Origin: Phoronis australis
Lineage: Eukaryota; Animalia; Phoronida
DNA: 64,000 nt
Assembly: GCA_002633005.1 (NCBI GenBank)
Contig: NMRA01000186.1
Span: 1-64,000 of the forward strand
Direction: 5' to 3'
In this document: positions 24,045 through 64,000 of the stretch, piece by piece
How the letters are laid out: each line of letters opens with the position of its first letter
Numbering within the stretch: the first letter of the stretch is position 1
Translations under genes and position numbers: made by a program
The notes under the pieces: generated by a model
Told to the model about the DNA's origin: nothing
Databases searched by the model: none
What the model saw: the letters and a program-made list of their open reading frames with translations, nothing else

Positions 24045-27000
24045 GCATATCAGAATTGTGTTTCAGTAATAGTCGTATCCAACTAAATCGAGGATTTAAT
24101 TCGAGTTTGATGAAATCCGACTTTTCTGAAGTGGAGTACATGTACCAGAACAGTGGCAGTCCTAGCTAGGCATATTTCACTAAAACGTAAGTTACATTAT
24201 ATTAACTTCGTCATTTGATTTTTATAGGTAAAACTCGTGAAACTTGTCTGTGGGCAAATTTCAACATAATCTATACTTTCAACAAGTTGTTATCTTGGTT
24301 AAACTTTAGTTAATTTCAGATTATTCATAAGTTTCTCAAAATATTTTCAGTAATGAAAACCAAATATATGATTTCGACTTCTGAGTGCCACTGTTGATTA
24401 ACTCCTTTAAATCTCTTAAAAATTGGCCACATTCTAGGGTTCGTTGATTTACTTGTCGTGAGTATATTATTTCCGCACAATCAATTTCCGGATTTTGAAA
24501 TGTGCTGCGAGAATTATTCACTCAAAAGACTTGCACCGTCACCAATTTCACCGTTCTTGCGCCCGAAAAAAATGTAACTTCCATTCCTCAAAAATCGTTA
24601 AAACGGAATTTGGAATCGGAATTTCTGAACTTTATAAAGGCAGCTGAAAAATCTCGAACTGAATTCGGCAAATCGTCCACCACAATAGCACAGTCACGCC
24701 ATTTCTAATTGTTCACTCTGTCGCTTACATTGCTCCCCTCCGCTAGTAAAACATTAACACTTTTCGCTAGAGATTGGTCATAAGTTGTCTAAGATTCTTG
24801 TATAGTAAAACAACATGTCACAACAACTATTTTAATTAGGCTTTTTTATCAAAATGTGAAATTGATACATGTACATGTCGTATGAACACAAAGCACTTAA
24901 ACGTACTTGGGTACTATTTTATTGAGATAAACAATGTTTGACAGAAAGTTCAGGAGTGATGTTTCTGTCACCGGGCCGGGATTTGTGTTTTTTGGCCTGG
25001 TTAGTTCTTTTGAAAGTGCAGGAATCTGTTTTCAAATCAGGGACTTCTGTTCTACATCGGAGATCCATTTTCGATGGAACACCTTGATATCGCGATCGTG
25101 ATTCTTTGTACCTTATCCAAAAATGAGGAATGTGGGGTTCGTCAGATTTGACGGCAGTTCTGTGTACTAAATTGTAAGTGATTTCCTCCAATGGTATTCG
25201 GTAGTTCCGCCACTTTTCAAAGCACATCCTTGTTCAGTGTTGAATTCTTAATATGGCGCGAATCCAGGTTTCATTTAGGCAAGTGAAAAATGTCAAAAAT
25301 GTAGTTGGTAATGACATATCTTAGCCTACATTTCTGGAAAGAGCATTGGCATTCTGGACTCTTCTTTTGCATCCGGGCAGTTGTGAAGTTGGAATGTTAG
25401 ATGCAAAAAGGCCAAGGTCGCAGTATCAATTTTTGATCATTTTTTTCATCTCAAGTTTTATTCGTGGACCGTGGCAAGGTAAAAGACATGTTTTAATTAA
25501 TGTCATCATTTTTGAGAAACCCTATCTAGTATACTACCTGTCAGTTATGCCTTTTTTCAGCTATGCAAACAAGGTCTTTCAATGAGCCAGGCCAGCGATA
25601 AGGTCAATATCAGCCTCTTTGGTTTTTCAGTGTAAGTGACGACGCCTCATCACTCCCTTGCATTGAACTTTTTCGACCTCTTACAAACGAGATTTTGTCA
25701 AAATATTTGATCAGTGTTTAATTGAATATTAACGCTTTCAGTTTTCAATTCTTTGTATGTATGCTTGAATACGCCCGAAGATGTAATTCAATGCGCTCCG
25801 GACAGACAACAGGAGTTGTTTGTCCCCATGCTACATAGGAAAACATTTTGCAATTAGGCTTTGAAAAGCTGTGTTATCCACGCTGGCCGATCACATTTTC
25901 TAAAGAATTCGAAACCAGTCAGACTCTATAAGTCGGATTTTATTTTATTTGGTCCTGGAAATTAAACAAACTCGAGATTAAAGCACAATGGCATGAGATT
26001 CTTATTTCATGTTGTGAGAAAAAACGCGAGTCAGCATTTCTTTGTACATAGGTCATGGGTGTCTTCAGTGGCAAGGCTCTGAGCCAAGTTGCATTATAAA
26101 CAGGGTCAAGGCTTGATAAGAATCATGGCTTTGGACCCCGTTTTCTGCAACCTAGGCCCAATGTTTGTCGTTTTTTCGAAGCAAAAAACCTATTTTACTA
26201 ATTAATACATGAAAACAAAAGTACTTGAATGATTTAAAAACACGAATTCGTGTTTTATGCAACTGGCTCTAGGCCCGAAAATGTCTTTCTGCATACATTC
26301 ATGTTACAATGATAAACAAATTTTAATGTTACAACATTTAATGGCCTAAAATGCCTTAATCTGTTTAACCTCCAGCCGTTGTGTAGAAAGCGTCGAGTAT
26401 ATACAGTATGTACTTAAACGCGTGCCTCAGGCGAAATTGAAGAATATGGAAGTCGTGAAGATACTAAACCATCTCAAATCTCATTTATTCCTTCGGTGGG
26501 CAACGGAAAGCTTTCGAAAAAAGAACATTGAAATCCGGCAACGAAACATGCTTGCACACACGCACGTACCCACACACGCACATGCGCGCACGTACGGACA
26601 CACAAATAAACAAACATAAAAACATGAACTCCTGCCCTTGGAGTCCCAGAGGTAACAAGTATGTACATTGTATTAGGAATGACAAGATAATTTAATATCG
26701 AGAGCAGTTCAACAATTATATTTAAAGTATTTTTCATTGTCACAAGCAATCGAATCAAACAACATGTAATCTGACAATACTTCAGGCAGTGCGTTACTGT
26801 GTAAGTTTTTATGCTATATTTTCGCATCGCAATAAGAATGTCACCCAAAATCCTTCGTATTTGTACTTTCTGAGCTTTAAATCATTTTCTTTGCTACTTT
26901 GCATATTTCTCATATTGCGCTTGCTCCCAGACAATCCCTCTATGCGAGTTAATTAAAAAATGTCACATCAAAGAATGCACGCATTTTGACATAAGATCTA

Positions 27001-27639
27001 GCATTAGCATGAATACTAGAAAAACTAAAAAGATAGATTTGGGCATTTCCATCTGGAATTGATGCTATTTATTGCAGCGCATAATCCTCGACCGCAGTAA
27101 TGTTGTTCACAGGTGTCGCGCAGAATGCTCATAGGACAATTGCGCCAGCTACAGGAAATGTTCTGGCGCATAATATATGCTTCATACCCTCTGACACAGC
27201 GCCACCTATACTGATAAGTGGCTGCAGTGTGAAAGAGTGTATGCTTCATACATATAGCTCATTCTACATGACCTACGTTGCGCCTCCTATTTGTCTTTCT
27301 GTGTTTTTTATCATTTGACGTCTGCCTCCCTATCCTCCAAATGGCAATAGGGGTCCCGGAATTCGGTTTTCTGCCCTCTGCTAAATGGAGACAACGGGTT
27401 CTAAAATGACCATCATCCTTCAAGCTTCTTGAAGAATCATGATAAAAGTTGGATGGTGTGCTTCTATTGAGTAGAACTCTTTTGACTTGCGTTGTACCCC
27501 CTAAATTCTATTAGGTCTTATCATAGATTCGCAACTACTACATTTTCTTATGTAATATCCTAGAGGAGGTGTCACTCTCCTAAATTATCTGTCCCTGTTT
27601 CCGGTTAGTGTATTGTGACGACACAACAGCCGACCTGCC

Positions 27640-27800
27640 TTCCGTTCAGTAACACTAGGACCTCGCTAAAAAGCAAGACTTCGTGAGATTACGTGAGATA
27701 TTGCCGTGTATTTTAAATGAGAACACTTGACTTTGACTAGATTTTAGATAGGTCCTAGGGTATATCCTAGCGTAGGTCCTAGCGTCTACTGAACGCACGC
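27640..27800. mobile_element. MITE, copy 2 of the 8077-8216 family
   Basis: Shares CTAGGACCTCGCTAAAAAGCAAGACTTCG...GGTCCTAGCGTCTAC. Confidence 0.8.
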
Positions 27801-27966
27801 CATGATTAGCAGACGACGTTGGCCTACTTGCCGGAAATAACACCAGATAATTTGGCCAGGTGCCGCTAGTGAATATGTCATTGCTTCTGTAAGAGCACAG
27901 ATTTCGTCCATTGAAAGTATACGGAGTTGGCGGTCCATGTACTATAGTCTATGGTCTTATTGAAAT

Positions 27967-28115
27967 CATTGGCGGATTTAGAGGGGGGGCCAAGCCCCCC
28001 CTAATATTCCCCCAGATTCCATTTGGTAGTTCGGGGGTGAGAATGACTGAAGGGCAAAATCCTGGCTAATACTCTGCCCTGGCCTCCCTAACATAAAATC
28101 ATGGATCCGCCCCTG
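27967..28115 (+). mobile_element. MITE, same family as 21276-21424
   Basis: CATTGGCGGATTTAG...GGATCCGCCCCTG inverted ends. Confidence 0.8.
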
Positions 28116-29055
28116 AAATTTAGTAGCATTGTGCCGTTAAGTGGGAGACTTGTTTAAAATAACGATCACATCTTGTATCTGCCCTGTATTCGATGCATAG
28201 AGTGGGCGCATGTCAACGCTTAGTGTTGCTTTTGTTACTAAAGGTAATATCAAAAACCTCTGAAAGTTCGGAAGCGCGTGTATTGGTGTTGGTAAGCTGT
28301 TCCATTGCCACTGCACATTTCTACCCGCGCTCAGGTAACTACATGTACATGTTTCACTGTTAGCTACCAATTGTCTGGTGTTGGGAATTTGAGAATACAC
28401 GAGTCTAAGTCGGGTATCGGCAAGCAGACGTTTCATTAAGTCACATGTGTTGTAACCCACATGCGTTCACACATTTGGTTGTTAGCTTAATTCGCACAAT
28501 GTATTTGTAATCACATAAGATACTTGTAAAGAAATGTTATGAAGCTGAAGTTATTTTGCCATAGGCTCAGCTGTTTTTCGGCATATATTCCCGGGCGTAT
28601 ACTCAGCTTATCTTGAGGTCTACCACATGGTTTTATGTCGATCTCGCAACCTCTTTTGCTCGTTCGTTATCCATATATCGTTGATCTGCCTTGCAAGTTC
28701 TGTAAGCATATCGTGAACATTTTACGCTACCAAAGTTTGTGAGACAAAAATGACATCTTTTTTGTTTACATGTTCGCGAGCCCTGATCAGCTGGGTTTAT
28801 GAGCCTGGTTGAAGTGTCAGAACTATACATTGTGCAAGTTACATGCGCGTGTATGTGCGTTCAACTGAGTCCAACTCAGTGTATTTATTAGTTGCCAGTA
28901 CCATCGTGTATTCTGTATATTCTCTGTACGTACTCTGTGGTATATTCAGCAAAAAATAGACAAGTGAACGGCCACTGATTCGCAAAACACAAAAACTGTA
29001 TTTTGCTGTAAGAGTGTTTGTGTCTAAATGTCTATTCTTCTCACAGTGCAAAGAA

Positions 29056-58664
<29,609 letters not shown>

Positions 58665-59549
58665 GTGGGCGTAATTGGGCAGAGACCATTCCCCAGCGGC
58701 GTAGAACTTAATTTAGGGTCAAATATACATATACGTCCGACGGCCAGCGTATTTACAAAGTCCTTTAAGCGTCCACAATGTTTGTTATGCTCATTTATAT
58801 TAGAAGAATGAATTCATCAATGTCTTTATTATGTGTTCTCGTTTTGCATTTGTCAGTAATGCGGAATAATAGGTGACAAGACCTTGAGTTTCGATAGTTA
58901 TGACTGACCGGGCTGGAGCTCATAAGGCGTATACAGTTTGGTGTGTTAAACCGTTTCAAAGTTGTTTCAGTCTATAAGGATAATCGATCCAGATCCAGTA
59001 ACGAACTTTTCTGTGCGACAAAAACAGCGATATCGCAGTGATGCCCGTTTTAACACGCTTAACCAGCGCATGACGACTAGGTGAAAGAACGAAAGACGTG
59101 GTGCACTGCGTCCACGTGCACCTACGCCCTACTACACCACAGCGTCGATCTCCCCGGCACAAGACAAAGTCGTCGGCATGTCGATTTTAAATATGCCGAG
59201 CTCCCCCTAGATCCGCATCGTGGTTGATTTCTGGTGTAGAAGAATTAATGTAGGTTGTTGCCGACTGTAGCAGTGTTACCATTTACTGCTGCGTAACTAT
59301 ATATAAGATGTTTTCGTGAACCCTGCGAAGGTGACTACTGATGGCAAACAATGACTGCATCTGGAATTGTGATACCCCTGTACCTACGGGTGCATATCTA
59401 AATTAATTTGTTTTGCTTTATATCGTGTAAGGGAGCGTTTACATACTACGTCATCCAAAATTTGCCTCTTTTACCCCCTCTCCCCCTCTATCATAACCTG
59501 TCATCATGATTTNAACCTACAGTGCGTGTATTCTGTCTTTATGCCGTTT

Positions 59550-60250
59550 GTTTAACTGATCAAGTGTTGGTTTAAATTGTTAAAAATGCCAGCACATCGA
59601 AATCCAAAATCTATGACAAGCTTATCACAGTGGATGAGGCTGGTAGGAAAAATTGGGCTTCATCTCTTAGGAATTTGCTGCAAAGATATGCTTTTGGATT
59701 GGTATGGTATAATCAGGGAGTTAGCTGCGAAGCATCTTTTATTGTCATTTTTGAGCAGCGAATTAAAGATTGTTTTTACAAGACTGGAGCTTTGCTGTGG
59801 AGAATAGCTCAAAACTTAATATTCCTCATTTAAAATTGATCTTGAAATGGAATCCTATCTGTTGCGTGATATTCCAGTCTTTTTAGCAGTTATGGCTAAA
59901 TTACGTTGCTCCAACCATAACTCGATCATAGAGAAAGGTGGATATACTCCTGTGGATCAAAAATACCACGTGTGTTGTTTCTGTGTGTCCCTAATTGAAG
60001 ATGAATGCCATTTCATATGTGTTTGTAAGAAGTACTGTTCTCTAAGAACTGCATTTATACCCGAGTGATGCTGGTGTGAACCAAATAAACAAATTTGTAA
60101 TGCCAATGAAAATATCGGAGCCTATTGCTCAGATTAATCTAATAAAATTTGTATTTCACGCCACTGCCCTCAGGAAAAAGCTGCTCAGCGTTATCCTGTA
60201 AATTTCATGTAACATGTGGGCCAAGGCATTAAATGTTGTAATAAATAGAT
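59550..60250 (+). mobile_element. 3' fragment of a non-LTR retrotransposon (RTE-X/Proto2-like ORF2 C-terminus with CCHC motif)
   Basis: KCWFKLLKMP, NWASSLRNLL..Y.FG.VW.NQGV...F.QRIKD and KLRCSNH...IEKG.Y......C.FC...IEDE.HF...C.KY..LR; frameshifted. Confidence 0.8.
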
Positions 60251-60915
60251 ACTTTCGACTCTAATGGCAAACTAGTGTTGCTTTATAACAAGTTGCATTT
60301 GTCGCTATTTCAACTACTGATAAAACCAATTACCTAACTATACGTCAGCGGAGGCGGGGAAAAAGAAATGTTTTAATAAAGGCGGCCTCATTATGCCCCC
60401 ATAAGTATATGTTGGTGCATATGGTCATTTCTGCCCGGGGTCCGCTGCTGTATCTTGTAAATGCCTTACGGGATGCTGCAATGAGGGATATTTGACATTA
60501 TGTGTATCTATAAAGCAGACGGCGACGAATTTCGGGCTCCTCCGACTACCGTTTGGCCCCCTCCAACTGGCAGAGGCAATCTTAGCTTTTTAGGTTTCCA
60601 TCTGTAACTTCGGGTTTGGCGGATTTTCGCGAAATTTAGCCGCAAATAGGCTTCTATTAAATAAGTGGCGACTCCTTCCATTTTTCGGACGGACTTAATG
60701 TATTTTGTGCCTCTTGGTGGCTATTTTAAATTTTTTTGAGTACCAGTACGTTTTTTGTCGTTAGCCTCTCTATCCGCTAAACATGAGCATCGGCAGATTT
60801 GTTTCTGTCGTTAATTTCCCGACTGGTTTTACTGTTCTGGCATAGTAGCATCTTTTGCGCCCATACCAGTATCTCCCCAACTCTTTGGATCTTCTTAAAA
60901 TTTGGCATACTGGTT

Positions 60916-61025
60916 CATGGGCGGCACAGCACTGAAAAAAATTGGTTGCTAAAGCCCCCTCAGTCCCCCTGTGGTGCACCGCCTATAGACCATGTGTGGC
61001 TTAGCACTGAAAAAAGTAGGGCTTA
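60916..61025 (+). mobile_element. Third copy of the CATGGGCGGC MITE (dimeric form)
   Basis: CATGGGCGGCACAGCACTGAAAAAA...CCCCCTGTGGTGCACCGCCTATAGACCATG...GCACTGAAAAAAG. Confidence 0.8.
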
Positions 61026-61868
61026 TACTCGAGAAAAAAACAGTTTGATATAGGCACACGGGTCCATTAAATAGTGCAGTTCACCTCTGGTTTTACTCGC
61101 TTCTAAACTTAAGAACATTCAAATATACATCATACATAAAGCCAAATAAAACTTGTCTAAGTGCGAAACTCCCATCACAACACACAGGTTGTTAAACTAA
61201 AACCAACACTAACTTAACTAGTATAATTTATTGAATGGTAGTGAAGTACATACACAGCTTCAGTTAACAGTAGTGATCCAACAGATGGCGTTTGGTAAAG
61301 GAGAAATTTCCAAGTGTTGACTGAAACAATAGATGGCGTTTACATCGGTATATGGCTTGCTTCTACCATATCAAAAATCTACTGCGTAAGTGGAACCAGA
61401 TACATAGAGCGTGAATAAATGGGAACATACCTTAACTCACATGTACAATTTGAAAATTACACAGAAATGAAATCCAAAGATAACCTCCTTCACCACAGTG
61501 GTTGGAGAACATGGGGAAGTACTCCCCTGGTGGTGAACGACCACACTATTTGGGTGAAGACGAGGCGAGTTGTTCCAACATCCAACAAGGGGCAAATACA
61601 AGAATGTGAACATCTTATTCTAAGGCGAAAGTTGATTGAGACCCCCGGTGACGGTATATCAAGGAAATCTTACAACCTTTTTCACTCTTTGATTCAATCA
61701 AGGTGTCATGTTCATAGCCTGAACAATGAACAGTGGATTATCATTTCATCACATTATTCAATAGCCAATTCATCACAACAAGGAAATTGATAATAAAAGA
61801 TAATGCTAAACAAATGGACTACAAATACAAATACGGCTACAGGTTAGCAAACTACAATGTGATCAAAT

Positions 61869-63300
61869 TGTAACAGCTAGTGTGGCGCCACCTATTGAGA
61901 TGATTATTTAGTAATCAGTGGTCAGCAGAATCCACTGAAGGTGACCACACCTCTGCGCAAAATTTCATGTAGAACAGAAATGAAGGAGCAAATTAACGCT
62001 CAATTCTTCAAATTCAAATTATACAGTTTACCACAGTGTTACAATATTGGTGGCCAGAGATTTATTTTCCCTGGCAGTTCAAATATTTCCCTCTAGTCCC
62101 TCCTCCAGTCATCAAATTATACAACATTCAGCATCTTTTATGGAACACCAACTGAACAAAATTGAAACATCAAGTTATTTTTTATTGATTTTTTCAATGT
62201 AAAGAATACTAACAGCTGAGGTGTCGAGAGCAGGAGATAGGGCCATTTCCTCTCCTTTTCTACAACCAGAGCAGAAATCTAAGCCATGCAGGAAGATAAA
62301 GTAGACAAAGCAAAATGTGAACTGGAGTCGGGACCAACAGCAAGTGAATTCCTCCAATATAAACCTCACACAGAACTAAACGCTTGGTGGCATAGCTTGT
62401 CATCCATTCAGTGAGATTTAGTCGGAGGAGTGGCCAATAAGTTGATTGGCAGCAAGTCATTCAAACACAAGTTTTCAATCTAGTTGACTTCCTGATGTTA
62501 GCCAACCAATTATTGTTGCTTTAAAAATACTGAGCAAAATAAAGTGTTTCCAAGGTGGTGTCCATTTGTCTTTAACATTACGATAGCTCAGATCAAGAGA
62601 GATAGATCCTCTTGGACTGGTCAGAGCTACAAATGCCATACAGTTTTGCAACAAGGTTAGACAGAGGATTTTTTGTTCCTGGCCAGTCCAGTAGAATGAA
62701 TCTAGCATGGCTTTCTACGGGCTCAGTTATTTACTTTGAGGACAGGATGCAGCCCAACCAAAGTTATGACGGGTGCATCCTTTGGCCTCTGGCGAGACGT
62801 CTCCTACTCAAGGAGAATACAATATTCAAAATCATTAACGGGGTAATTACAGATCCGTTGTCCATAAGTCATAGGTCGGTCAGTGTAAAAGGCATCAAAA
62901 TAAAGTACACAGCACAAGGTTCCAACCAGGAGAGGACTGCGCTGTGTGACACAGAACAACACTTGTACACGATTGTACGAAATACTTGTTGAGTGAACTT
63001 GAATGGTGAAAACAGTTTCACAGTAGTTTTTGACAAAATGATTTCAACTGCTTGAACTCTATTGCAACGAAAGAAAAACAGTTTCAACTCATCTGACGAG
63101 CTGACAGCCACAGGATAGTAGCAAGCTACAAAAGTGAGGGACACAGACAGCTTGATGGTTGCTTTTGCTGCTAGAGGAACCCTTAACTAAGGAGCAGTAG
63201 CTTACCAACCAGACTAGGTGACTGCCGAATAAATAAGTCAGACCAAGGCGGCTTGATGATGGTTTACGATAGACGATGTTCATTCAAGTTGGCTATTTGT
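61869..63300 (+). mobile_element. Candidate decayed LTR retroelement: short LTR (61869-62043), PBS-like site, degenerate internal region
   Basis: TGTAACA...TGTTACA inverted ends followed by ATAT-TGGTGGCCAGAG (PBS-like). No clear gag/pol motif recovered; the right boundary is a guess. Confidence 0.35.
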
Positions 63301-64000
63301 TCTGAAACCACCTCCTGTGCCGCTAGCATACTACCCGGAGAAGAACGTTAAAAAATTCAGAAACCAGCATAGCTCAAAACCGAGCTACAAATACATGTTT
63401 CCCTCAACAACAACTAGTCCTCAAAGGGGTGCACGCCAGCTGAACGAGAGGCGGAAATGCGAAACAAAGCAATCAAACCTGTATATAGCACTCCACTGGC
63501 CGCTCTCTACTCATTTTATTCAAAAACATTTTTGTAAAAATAACAAAAAAGGTTCTCAACAAGTATCAAAAATAAACTTTTTAATACTCTTACAAAAATT
63601 AAAAATAGCAGCTTGACCTTTCGCTGCTTAACATAAAAGGCAACCCTGGGTGACCTTTCGCTGAGGTCACGTCACCTGTACGAGAGATCACCCAGGTAAA
63701 CCGGGCCAAGTCCCGTTGTCACAATACCCGTAGGTACCAACACCTAACTCTACTCCTTAAATAATTTTGATGCCTTTTTGTAATCCAGTCCAATTACAAT
63801 GCCTGTGCTTATGCTTCAGGTGTACAGGGGACAGCAATGCCATGACAAGACGGGGTGAAATGATGGAACTACCATTTCAGCAGCACATTAGGTATTATTC
63901 CTACAACCTTTCCCAAGCCTAGTGTGCAGCCGAAACCATAATACGATTTTACTACAAATACGCAACCAGGTCCAGTGTATTTCTTTCCGTCTCACCATGG

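Noticed and set aside
24919-25270. Crypton tyrosine-recombinase fragment
   Set aside because: Only vague resemblance; no catalytic R-H-R-Y motifs were recovered.

Overview
Repeat-rich metazoan (probably marine invertebrate) genomic DNA, not prokaryotic; most short ORFs in the track are spurious. One apparently intact host gene can be assembled by hand: a 13-exon SLC23/NAT-family (nucleobase-ascorbate) transporter on the + strand, 29056-58664, 2007 nt of CDS, 668 aa, all introns GT-AG and phase-compatible. It has two unusual features. The conserved acidic TM8/TM9 residues are replaced by neutral ones, and 41 codons of its C-terminal tail come from an in-frame MITE insertion with a 5-bp target-site duplication (TSD). 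The rest is decayed mobile DNA: a Maverick/Polinton remnant (major capsid, cysteine protease, candidate terminus), Jockey-like, L1/Tx1-like, L2/CR1-like and RTE-X-like LINE fragments, three TTAA-flanked Kolobok-type elements (one with THAP, transposase tail and KolX/P2RX7-C-terminal-like remnants), a 3.75-kb TIR element with a 6-bp TSD and C2H2 zinc-finger remnants, many MITEs and hairpins, tRNA-like SINE heads, mini- and microsatellites, and one assembly gap. All family assignments come from manual translation and recalled motifs; no database search was run.
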